Shown here piece after piece: positions 16,382 through 23,845 of a stretch of 32,000 nt of DNA; position 1 is the first letter of the stretch; the number at the start of each line of letters is the position of its first letter. The notes beneath the pieces were generated by a model. It ran no database searches. It was not told where the DNA came from and saw only the letters and a list, made by a program, of their open reading frames with translations. The stretch is from Promethearchaeum syntrophicum. Lineage in GTDB: Archaea > Asgardarchaeota > Lokiarchaeia > Sigyniarchaeales > Promethearchaeaceae. Location of the stretch: positions 3,210,001-3,242,000 of the forward strand of contig NZ_CP042905.2 in assembly GCF_008000775.2 (NCBI RefSeq), written 5' to 3'. The position numbers and the translations under genes were made by a program.

Positions 16382-17302
16382 ATGGCTAGCAGTTTTGAAA
16401 ATCTTCCGATCTTGGATAATTTTTACCAAACATCCAGTTTTTTTCCAATGCCTATAGTTCTAGTGGGAACTCTCGATGAAACAGGTCAAACCAACTTGGG
16501 GCCCTATTCTTTATGTTTTCCATATTATATTGCCGGGAAAAAGCGATATACAATGGTCCTCATGTGCCGAAATAATAGTAATACTGCGAAAAACATCTTG
16601 CGATCGAAAAAATGTTCCCTTAATTTTATCCCTCATGATAATAAATTTCTTAAAAATACCGTAATGTTGGGATTTCCCGGAGATACGACAGCGGAAAAAA
16701 TGGAGAAATCTATATTTTCTTTAACTGAAGGATTAATGCAAAGTGAAAACTCTGCAGAATTATACCCACAAATAGTGGAGGAATCATTTCAAGTCTTCGA
16801 ATGCACTTGGGACGCAAGTCTGGACGGAGCTGAAAATGATACCGTTCAAGAGGAATATTTACCTCCATTTCATAATTTTAATGGGATTACCAGCCCAATG
16901 GGAGCCCACTTTATTTTATCAATTGATAAGATCTTAATGAAACCTAAATACCGTAAAGCAATTATTGATGGAGTTCAAACGAAATATTTCCCTAACATTC
17001 CTGTAGATTATGGTTATCGAGACAATACGAATTTTTGGTTAGCTAAATTTAAAAAGCCATATGCTGAAAAAATTCCGAAAGGTAAGGGAATAAGTTTGGA
17101 CACCATAACTTACGCTGCAGATCGTACAGATTCGGATGTAAAATTTACGGATGATGCATGTGCTACTCTGATAAAAGTACCTCGAATATTCTTGAAGAAA
17201 ATTTTACAAGATTGCGTAGTTTGGGCTAAAAATCGAGACATTACACTTATTAATGAAGAACATATGCAACAAATTCGTGACAAACGATCAGCTAACAAAT
17301 AA
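16382..17302 (+). CDS. Flavin-reductase-like (FMN-binding split-barrel) domain protein with an extra C-terminal region
   Basis: The N-terminal pattern FFPMPIVLVGTLDETGQTNLGPYS...MVLMCRNNSNTAKNI...KCSLNFIP resembles the flavin reductase-like domain. The C-terminal ~130 aa are unassigned. This is a by-eye call only. Confidence 0.45.
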   Translation: MASSFENLPILDNFYQTSSFFPMPIVLVGTLDETGQTNLGPYSLCFPYYIAGKKRYTMVLMCRNNSNTAKNILRSKKCSLNFIPHDNKFLKNTVMLGFPGDTTAEKMEKSIFSLTEGLMQSENSAELYPQIVEESFQVFECTWDASLDGAENDTVQEEYLPPFHNFNGITSPMGAHFILSIDKILMKPKYRKAIIDGVQTKYFPNIPVDYGYRDNTNFWLAKFKKPYAEKIPKGKGISLDTITYAADRTDSDVKFTDDACATLIKVPRIFLKKILQDCVVWAKNRDITLINEEHMQQIRDKRSANK

Positions 17303-17354
17303 TAAGTATATGAAAAAGAAATGAAAATATATTTAAATTTCATATATGTGGGTC

Positions 17355-17369
17355 TTTTTTCGTTTTTTT
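17355..17369 (+). terminator. Oligo-T terminator (T6 CG T7)
   Basis: TTTTTTCGTTTTTTT lies about 53 nt downstream of the stop at 17302. Confidence 0.45.
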
Positions 17370-17545
17370 CATCATTTTTACCCATCTTTGTGGGAAGTTA
17401 TATAATATTTCACATAAATCATCATAGTAAAATTAGGATTTCCTACTGATCATATTAGTAATATTATGGATTTATTAAATAACCATCTTATTAAATAGAT
17501 ACATATCTAATTATTCATTTTGAGTGAAAAGAGTGAAAATATTAA

Positions 17546-18409
17546 ATGGCTGAATTCGCAGGAAAAGTTGCACTAGTTGCTGGAAATCTTGGAAGATTTA
17601 AAAATGATAAGTTTAAAATGGGTTTAAGTGGAATAATTGCGCAAAATCTCATAAAAAATAATTGTAAAGTTTGCATTGTCGATACTGATTATAAAATCGC
17701 CAAAGCATGTGCAGAAAAAATTAACAATGAAAACGTAAAAGCCTATGAAGCGGATTTGTTCATCGAATGTGAATCAGAAACCGAAAAATTCGTTGATCAT
17801 AAAGGAAGAGATAAAACCAAAGTCATTTGGACAAAAGCGCCTGCTCATGAATTAGTTCAAAGTATAATTAAAGAATTTCAAAAATTGGATATTCTGATAA
17901 CAAATTTTGATAAATTTGAACAAGCGCGCATAGATCAAACTGATGATGAACTTTATGACTATTTACGTGATCAAAACACACTCCCAGTATTTCATTTGAT
18001 AAGTGCAGTAAGGGACGTAATGTCGAATCAGAGAAAAACAGAAGGAACTTATGGAAAAATCGTTTTCATTACCAATATTGTTGGAAAAGCAGGATTATCC
18101 TTTGCTACTATGTATTCGGCATTTAAAGGTTCTTTAGTAGGATTAACAAAATGTTTGGCAAAAGAATTTGGAACTTTTGCAAATGTGAATTCAGTAGCGA
18201 TTGGTCCTCTATCAGAAAGGAAAATGCAAGGACCAAAAGAACGTATCAAGAAAGATTACTTACTAACACAAACCGCAGTGTGCGATAAACCGCTTTCTTT
18301 CCAGGATATTGCACCTCTTGCAACATTTTTAGCATCGGATGATGCAGTTGCAATAAATGGCCAGGTTATGAATGTTGACGGCGGTTTATGGCTCAAATTA
18401 GAAGCTTAA
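17546..18409 (+). CDS. Divergent short-chain dehydrogenase/reductase-fold protein (module A, gene 1)
   Basis: The Rossmann/SDR layout is present but the motifs are degenerate. The glycine loop AGNLG-RFKNDKFKM-GLSGIIA carries an insertion. TNFD replaces NNAG. ITN sits at the catalytic Ser position. YSAFK (YxxxK) is retained, and the protein ends in NGQ...VDGG. It is about 60 percent identical by eye to ORF 22093-22956. Confidence 0.75.
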   Translation: MAEFAGKVALVAGNLGRFKNDKFKMGLSGIIAQNLIKNNCKVCIVDTDYKIAKACAEKINNENVKAYEADLFIECESETEKFVDHKGRDKTKVIWTKAPAHELVQSIIKEFQKLDILITNFDKFEQARIDQTDDELYDYLRDQNTLPVFHLISAVRDVMSNQRKTEGTYGKIVFITNIVGKAGLSFATMYSAFKGSLVGLTKCLAKEFGTFANVNSVAIGPLSERKMQGPKERIKKDYLLTQTAVCDKPLSFQDIAPLATFLASDDAVAINGQVMNVDGGLWLKLEA

Positions 18410-18456
18410 TGTTATCGATATTAAATATTTTGAATAAAAAAAAGAGTTGAAAAATT

Positions 18457-19317
18457 ATGGCAAGTTCGGTTCAAAAAAATAAGACATCTTTAAATGCAGA
18501 AGAAAGTCAAAGTGGAATAAATTTAATGCACGGATTGTTGGTTGGTAAAACTGCAATAATTACTGGAAGTTCTCGTGGAATTGGTAAAGGTTGCGCTCAA
18601 GTTTTCATCGAACAAGGGGCAAAAATTGTTATTAATGGACGAGATGAGGGTGTTTGTCGAGAAACTTATCAAGATATAACAAAAAATGGAGGGGACGCCA
18701 TTATTTGCCCAGCGGATATTACAAAAAAAGATGAGGTTAATAAAATGATTACAAATACTATCGATGCTTTTGGGCATATTGATATTGTTGTGAATAATGC
18801 GGGAACCAGTAGAGACGCATTGATCCATAAAATGTCGGATAGTTTGTTTAAATTCATTTTTGATTTAAACCTGAAAGGGACTCACAATGTCACACAAGCG
18901 ATTCTTCCGGAGTTTAGAAAAGAAAGCAGAAAGGATGAATTTAAAAAAATAATTAATTTTTCATCTGTGGCCGGAATATCGGGTAATCTTGGGCAAACAA
19001 ACTATGCAATGGCTAAAAGCGGAATTATTGCTTATTCAAAAGCATGCGCACGGGAATTGTCGTTAGACCGTATCAATGTTAATGTTATTGCACCAGGATT
19101 CATAGAAACACGAATGACAGCAGCTAAAAAACCGGGAGATACATTAGGAATGCCTCAATCGGTAAGAAATCTGGCAATTTCTTCAATCCCATTTTCCCGT
19201 GGAGGGGGAGGAGGATTACCACTTCATGTAGGAAATGTCGCATTATTTTTAGCGAGTAATTTATCTGATTGGTTAACAGGTCAAACCTTCACTGTTGATG
19301 GAGGTTCTTATATCTGA
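18457..19317 (+). CDS. Classical SDR, FabG-like 3-oxoacyl reductase family (module A, gene 2)
   Basis: All classical motifs are present: GKTAIITGSSRGIGKG, NNAGTSRD, NFSSVAG, YAMAKSG (YxxxK), APGFIETRMT and TGQTFTVDGG. The start context AGAGTTGAAAAATT-ATGGC resembles those of the neighbouring genes. Confidence 0.9.
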   Translation: MASSVQKNKTSLNAEESQSGINLMHGLLVGKTAIITGSSRGIGKGCAQVFIEQGAKIVINGRDEGVCRETYQDITKNGGDAIICPADITKKDEVNKMITNTIDAFGHIDIVVNNAGTSRDALIHKMSDSLFKFIFDLNLKGTHNVTQAILPEFRKESRKDEFKKIINFSSVAGISGNLGQTNYAMAKSGIIAYSKACARELSLDRINVNVIAPGFIETRMTAAKKPGDTLGMPQSVRNLAISSIPFSRGGGGGLPLHVGNVALFLASNLSDWLTGQTFTVDGGSYI

Positions 19318-19422
19318 TCTCATGGGATCGGGTATAATTTTTTAATATAACGATTATTTCTTGCAAAAGAATAATAAATAAAAAAAAAGTAAAAAAATAT
19401 AAACAAAAAAAAGTGAAAAATT

Positions 19423-19695
19423 ATGGCAAACGTAGTAAAAGGAAAATTCAATGTAAAATTGGAAGAAATGGCAGACACAAAGTTTTCACCAAGAGCAACC
19501 AGTTCAGCTTCTGCACGATTAAGAATCTTGAATGAATCTAATTTGGTATGTTTTGGAAATAGTTGTACTGAAGAAGAACTTGCAAAATGGGAAATGCTTT
19601 GCAACGAAGATACCGTAACCGCACAATTAGATCATATGGCGGGTAAAATGTATGCAAATGGTGTGGAATTTAAGAACGGAAAGTTTGAATTCTAA
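19423..19695 (+). CDS. Hypothetical small protein (90 aa) downstream of SDR module A
   Basis: The composition is protein-like. The start context AGTGAAAAATT-ATGGC is nearly identical to those at 17546 and 18457. The ORF is followed by three T6 runs. The overlapping antisense ORF 19320-19604 is low-complexity and was rejected. Confidence 0.5.
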   Translation: MANVVKGKFNVKLEEMADTKFSPRATSSASARLRILNESNLVCFGNSCTEEELAKWEMLCNEDTVTAQLDHMAGKMYANGVEFKNGKFEF

Positions 19696-19717
19696 TTTTT
19701 TATTTTTTCAATTTTTT
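19696..19717 (+). terminator. Triple oligo-T terminator (T6 A T6 CAA T6)
   Basis: It follows the TAA at 19693-19695 directly. The - strand reading shows A runs only, so it does not serve the convergent GDPD gene. Confidence 0.5.
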
Positions 19718-19722
19718 ATCAA

Positions 19723-21219
19723 TTAATTCAGATTCTTTCTATTTCTTAAGATATACATCAAAGTAGCACCAATTAGACTTAGTATTATCGATATTGTCCA
19801 AATTAAGTTATATCCTTGTGAATTAATTGTCCAAACAGGAGTTTCTAATGGGATTAATAGGTGTAAAGCGTTAGTTTTAACAAAATCCACACCCAAAAAC
19901 CAAACTTGAGAAAATCTTTGTACTGTATCTACCGTCCACACCATTACAGTAATATTTGCATCTTGATACTCTTGAAATTGATCATTTGATAAAGTGTGGA
20001 TTGTATTTAGTAGATCTACTTCTTCTTCTAATAAACTAGCAATGTCTTGAGAAGACGATATTTTAGTCATATTTTTGGTTAAATTTGATGATAGTCTGGT
20101 TATTATTTTTTCATTTAATCCTGAATCATATAATTGATTTATGAGAAGTTCATCATACTGGTTATAAAAAGGATGTTCTTTAGGAGGTTTTCCTGAATCA
20201 ATATCGATATAAAGGTTATAATCTCTGGTTAAATTCAAAACTTCATCTAACGTGGGTATTTTTTCTCCCCTAAAATTTTCTGCTGTTTGTAAATCAACAA
20301 ATTCATCTGCAATTGTTTCGTATGGATCATCATCAGAAAACCAAGACCCAGCATCCAATAATCGTAAATCCGTAATGTTAAACATAGTTGCATCATCATT
20401 TATCCTTTCGGGAAAGATATCTTCGACATTAGTAGTTCTTTTCAAAAGACTATCATGCATTAGGAAAAAAATTCCATCGTAGCTAATAGACACATCAACT
20501 TCCCAACCGATCGCGCCAATTTCGGCGGCCATTTGTCCAGCGATTAAAGTGTTTTCTGGAGCTAAATGTGAAGCGCCTCTGTGAGCCATAAGTTTTGGTT
20601 TAGGAGGGATATCTCCTTGAATGACATTAACTGGAATGAATATGAACGGTAGAATAAATCCAAACAATATTATCATGAGAATTCCAGCTATTATTAAAAG
20701 ATCCTTATTAAAAGTGAATTTCCAACGTTCTTGTTCTTTGATTTCTTCCCAAATTTTTATAATATTGAAAATGATTTTTTGTGATGAAAATGTCATTATT
20801 AATATCAAGAAGAAGAAAATTATGGGACTAATATATTCTAATCCAGTCCGCACTATGCCGATCTCATCTCCACCTATCGAAATAAGTAAAAACAACATGA
20901 AATCCCATATTATAAGAACAGGAATAAGAAATATTCTTGGAAATAATGCAATTTTGTTCAAGTTCTTTGTGATTCTTTTTGGAGACAATCGAATAATTAG
21001 AAATAATCCGTAACCAGTTAGAAAAATTGATACTATAAGAAGTAACATCAGCCATTGAAATTTTAAATTTGTGAATTCACTCACAAAATAATTGATATCG
21101 GACCATAAAGGTCTTACTAATAAAATAATTAACGAGAAGATCAAAATATTTACAAAAAATATCCAAAAAACCGTATACCAAAATCTATATCTCCATAAAA
21201 AACTCTTATCAGATTTCAT
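19723..21219 (-). CDS. Polytopic membrane glycerophosphodiester phosphodiesterase (GDPD domain)
   Basis: The first ~200 aa contain about six hydrophobic helices. The GDPD catalytic motifs follow: MAHRGASHLAPENT, GWEVDVSISYDGIFFLMHDSLLKRTTN and GEKIPTLDEVL. A final C-terminal TM helix is present (IWTISIILSLIGATLMYIL). Confidence 0.85.
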   Translation of the reverse strand: MKSDKSFLWRYRFWYTVFWIFFVNILIFSLIILLVRPLWSDINYFVSEFTNLKFQWLMLLLIVSIFLTGYGLFLIIRLSPKRITKNLNKIALFPRIFLIPVLIIWDFMLFLLISIGGDEIGIVRTGLEYISPIIFFFLILIMTFSSQKIIFNIIKIWEEIKEQERWKFTFNKDLLIIAGILMIILFGFILPFIFIPVNVIQGDIPPKPKLMAHRGASHLAPENTLIAGQMAAEIGAIGWEVDVSISYDGIFFLMHDSLLKRTTNVEDIFPERINDDATMFNITDLRLLDAGSWFSDDDPYETIADEFVDLQTAENFRGEKIPTLDEVLNLTRDYNLYIDIDSGKPPKEHPFYNQYDELLINQLYDSGLNEKIITRLSSNLTKNMTKISSSQDIASLLEEEVDLLNTIHTLSNDQFQEYQDANITVMVWTVDTVQRFSQVWFLGVDFVKTNALHLLIPLETPVWTINSQGYNLIWTISIILSLIGATLMYILRNRKNLN

Positions 21220-21261
21220 TAGTTATTGAAAAATCGAATTAAGTATTGAAAAAGATTTCCG

Positions 21262-21271
21262 AAATAATATA
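21262..21271 (-). promoter_or_regulatory. TATA-like box (TTTTATATTA on the - strand) upstream of the GDPD gene
   Basis: It lies between the T10 tract that follows the FabG-like gene and the GDPD ATG at 21219, about 45 nt upstream of that ATG. The AT-rich context makes this uncertain. Confidence 0.3.
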
Positions 21272-21275
21272 AAAG

Positions 21276-21285
21276 AAAAAAAAAA
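21276..21285 (-). terminator. Oligo-T (T10) terminator after SDR module B
   Basis: A10 on the + strand reads as T10 on the - strand, starting 2 nt after the TAA stop at 21288-21290. Confidence 0.5.
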
Positions 21286-21287
21286 GA

Positions 21288-22085
21288 TTAAATCATTGAG
21301 CCGCCGCCACCAACTAAAAGCTGGCCGGTAATCCAATCACTTAATTCACAAGAGAAAAATAACACAATTTTAGCAATATCTGAAGGTAATCCTCCTACCC
21401 CATCGCGTGAAAATGGAATTGCCCCAATCGCAATATCTCGAATGGCTTGAGGAATACCCAATTTATCTCCAGGTTTTTTCAAAGCAGTCATCCGAGTTTC
21501 TGTGAATCCAGGAGCTATTGCATTAACGCAAACGCGGTTCAAAGAAAACTCTCTAGCACAAGACTTTGTATAAGCAATTAATCCACCTTTTGCAATGGCA
21601 TAGTTTGCTTGACCTACATTTCCAGACACACCAGTTGTTGAAGAAAAGTTCACAATCTTTTTGAATTCATTATTTCGTTCAGCTTTTAAGAATTCTGGTA
21701 GAACTGCTTGAGTACATACATGAGTGCCTTTCATATTAACATCGATTATAAAACGTAATAAGCGATCGTCCATTTTCTGTATCATAGCATCGCGAGAGGT
21801 CCCTGCGTTATTTATTAATATATCGATTTTTCCAAAAGCTGCTATAGTGTCCGCGACCATTTTATTAACTTGTTCTACATTGGTAACATCTGCTGGGCAT
21901 GCTATTGCTTCCCCACCCATTGCCTTAATTTCCTCAACAGTTTCATTACATGGTATAGGATCTATATCATTAATCGTCACTTTACACCCTTGCTCAACGA
22001 ATACTTTTGCAATACCTTTTCCAATTCCTCTTCCGCTTCCAGTGATTATGGCAACTTTTCCTTTTAATAATTCTTTCATTTTCAT
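21288..22085 (-). CDS. Classical SDR, FabG-like 3-oxoacyl reductase family (module B, gene 2)
   Basis: Classical motifs are present: GKVAIITGSGRGIGKG, NNAGTSRD, NFSSTTG, YAIAKGG and APGFTETRMT. It is about 60 percent identical by eye to ORF 18457-19317. The start is placed at ATG 22085 or 22079 because TAGGAGGG, an SD box overlapping the upstream stop codon, lies immediately upstream. The longest ORF (to 22145) would overlap the upstream gene by 53 nt. Confidence 0.9.
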   Translation of the reverse strand: MKMKELLKGKVAIITGSGRGIGKGIAKVFVEQGCKVTINDIDPIPCNETVEEIKAMGGEAIACPADVTNVEQVNKMVADTIAAFGKIDILINNAGTSRDAMIQKMDDRLLRFIIDVNMKGTHVCTQAVLPEFLKAERNNEFKKIVNFSSTTGVSGNVGQANYAIAKGGLIAYTKSCAREFSLNRVCVNAIAPGFTETRMTALKKPGDKLGIPQAIRDIAIGAIPFSRDGVGGLPSDIAKIVLFFSCELSDWITGQLLVGGGGSMI

Positions 22086-22092
22086 TTCCCTC

Positions 22093-22956
22093 CTATTGCT
22101 CCAACTTGAGCCAAAGTCCTCCATCCACAGATATACTTTGTCCATTAATTCCTATCGCATCATCAGAAGCTAATAATAATACCATGGGTGAGACTTTTTC
22201 AAATGTCATTGGTTGATTGCTTAAATCAGATGATGTTACTAAATACGCTCCTTTTACCCGATCTTTTGGACCTTGCATTTTTTTTTCAGATAATGGTCCA
22301 ATTGCAACTGCATTTACATTAGCGAAACGACCAAATTCCCGTGCTAAACTCTTTGTTAATCCGATCATTGCTCCTTTAAATGCTGCCCAAATGGCACCGG
22401 CACTCATTCCTGCTTTTCCTAGCATACTTGTCAAAATGACTACTTTTGCATAAGTTCCTTGAGTTTTCCTTTGAGTTGATAATTGATCACGAACAGCACT
22501 TAGTAAATGAAAAGTTGGCCAAACATTTTGATCTCGTAAATAATCGAATAATTCCATATCAGTTTGATCTACCCTTTTCCGTTCAAATTTATCAAAATTA
22601 GTAATCAGAACATCCAATTTACCGAATTCTGCGACTATATCTTCTACCATTTTTAATGCTGGAAAGTTTTTCCAAACAACTTTGGTTTTATTTTTGCCCC
22701 GATCATCAACATATGCTTCAATTTCGTATGTTCTCTCTGTAAAGAAGTCACATTCGTAAGCTTTGACATTTCCGCCTATTAATTCAGCACATGCTTTAGT
22801 GATCGCAAAATCGGTATCAACTAAACACACTTCTTGAGCGCCTTGTTCAATCATCTGTTTAGCAATTATGCCGCCCAATCCGATTTTAAACGCATCTTTT
22901 TTCATTTTGCCGAGATTTCCACCTACAAGGCAAATTTTTCCATCAAATTTTCCCAT
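22093..22956 (-). CDS. Divergent SDR-fold protein (module B, gene 1)
   Basis: It is a paralog of 17546-18409, with the same inserted glycine loop (GGNLG-KMKKDAFKI-GLGGIIA) and TNFD in place of NNAG. Here the YxxxK Tyr position reads W (IWAAFKG). The start is placed at ATG 22956 because MGKFDGK aligns with MAEFAGK and GTGA lies 7 nt upstream. Confidence 0.75.
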   Translation of the reverse strand: MGKFDGKICLVGGNLGKMKKDAFKIGLGGIIAKQMIEQGAQEVCLVDTDFAITKACAELIGGNVKAYECDFFTERTYEIEAYVDDRGKNKTKVVWKNFPALKMVEDIVAEFGKLDVLITNFDKFERKRVDQTDMELFDYLRDQNVWPTFHLLSAVRDQLSTQRKTQGTYAKVVILTSMLGKAGMSAGAIWAAFKGAMIGLTKSLAREFGRFANVNAVAIGPLSEKKMQGPKDRVKGAYLVTSSDLSNQPMTFEKVSPMVLLLASDDAIGINGQSISVDGGLWLKLEQ

Positions 22957-23120
22957 TTTCATTCACTTTTTTTTAAAAATTAACTCGAAAATTATTCGTA
23001 TTTTAAAAATTCTTATTTCAAATTAGGGTTGATCGTTATAAAAAGATATTTTGAGAATTTTAACTGAAAAGCGGAAATTAACAAAAGTAGTGATTTTTGA
23101 AAATTTGGGTAATAATGAGG

Positions 23121-23131
23121 AAAAAAAAAAA
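23121..23131 (-). terminator. Oligo-T (T11) terminator after the Pro-repeat gene
   Basis: A11 on the + strand reads as T11 on the - strand, about 21 nt downstream of the stop at 23152. Confidence 0.45.
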
Positions 23132-23151
23132 CACAAACTTAAATTAATGAT

Positions 23152-23733
23152 TTATTGTAAATCATATTCCAATTTGTTTCCACAAAATTCGCAATAAACG
23201 GATTCTGATTCCGATAATATCCGCATCATTTCATTTGTAAATGTTCCACCACAATTTGGGCAATGGAGTAATTGTTGGAATTTGATAACGTCATTTCTTA
23301 CGCTTGTTTGAGCCATTACCTTAGTAGGTCTTGCTGGTTGTGCTGGTCTTGCTGGTGGTGCTGGTCTTGCTGGTGGTGCAGGTGCTACAGGCGGTGCGGG
23401 CGGGCGAGTATACCTTCGTGCGGGTCTACTAATCTTTCTTGGACGATCATACCTATAATGATAGTGTCTATGATGTTTTCTCGGAACAAACAAAGATCTA
23501 ATGAAATTGAACAGAATTTTGAAAATCTCAAAAACCAATTGAAAGACTGCTTTCACTATATAGAAAACCAATGAAAACGATCCTACAGTCAAAGCAACTA
23601 GACCAACTAAAATCAAAATTTGATATATTAGTGGTAGAGTATGCATCCAATCTCGGGCTGTGATAAAAAAGTCCCAAAAGGAATCGAAGGTAAAATGATA
23701 CCCGAATATATAAACATCAGTATTTATATCCAT
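23152..23733 (-). CDS. Membrane protein with a Pro/Ala/Arg hexapeptide repeat linker and a C-terminal zinc ribbon
   Basis: Two hydrophobic helices (PLIYQILILVGLVALTVGSFSLVFYIV and neighbouring sequence) are followed by the basic stretch RKHHRHYHYRYDRPRK. The repeat PPAPPVAPAPPARPAPPARPAQPARP comes next. The protein ends in CPNCG...CEFCG. Confidence 0.7.
   Translation of the reverse strand: MDINTDVYIFGYHFTFDSFWDFFITARDWMHTLPLIYQILILVGLVALTVGSFSLVFYIVKAVFQLVFEIFKILFNFIRSLFVPRKHHRHYHYRYDRPRKISRPARRYTRPPAPPVAPAPPARPAPPARPAQPARPTKVMAQTSVRNDVIKFQQLLHCPNCGGTFTNEMMRILSESESVYCEFCGNKLEYDLQ
23327..23398. repeat. Coding 18-nt tandem repeat (3 near-perfect units plus 1 degenerate)
   Basis: The units are GGTCTTGCTGGTTGTGCT, GGTCTTGCTGGTGGTGCT, GGTCTTGCTGGTGGTGCA and GGTGCTACAGGCGGTGCG. 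The repeat forms a GC-rich island in an AT-rich window. It encodes the APPARP-type repeats on the - strand. Confidence 0.9.
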
Positions 23734-23845
23734 ATTTTAATCATCGTAAATTTTTTACTAATTATCATAAGATAAGTATAATATATCAAAAATCCAGAGT
23801 CCATTTTCTGGCAAGTTTTTTTATAATATTATACAACGATTAATT

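Noticed and set aside
19320-19604. 94-aa ORF on the - strand overlapping the small + strand ORF
   Set aside because: Its C-terminal half (FHFFLFIFFYFFFIYY) is a translation of the poly-A/T spacer. The + strand ORF has a protein-like composition, an SD-like context shared with its neighbours, and a terminator.
21724-22173. 149-aa ORF on the + strand
   Set aside because: It is antisense to the FabG-like gene, whose SDR motifs are unambiguous, so it is a typical shadow ORF. The same applies to 18523-18857, 18049-18249, 22217-22453, 23876-24166, 24229-24647, 24754-25217 and 26057-26350.
17546-22962. Inverted duplication considered as a composite transposon or IS-bounded element
   Set aside because: The arms are diverged functional gene pairs (about 60 percent protein identity), not near-identical DNA repeats. 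No transposase, integrase or terminal inverted repeat is seen.
23327-23398. Tandem direct repeats considered as a possible CRISPR or minisatellite
   Set aside because: The units are contiguous with no spacers and are only 18 nt long. They lie in frame inside a coding region that yields a Pro-rich peptide repeat. This is not a CRISPR array.
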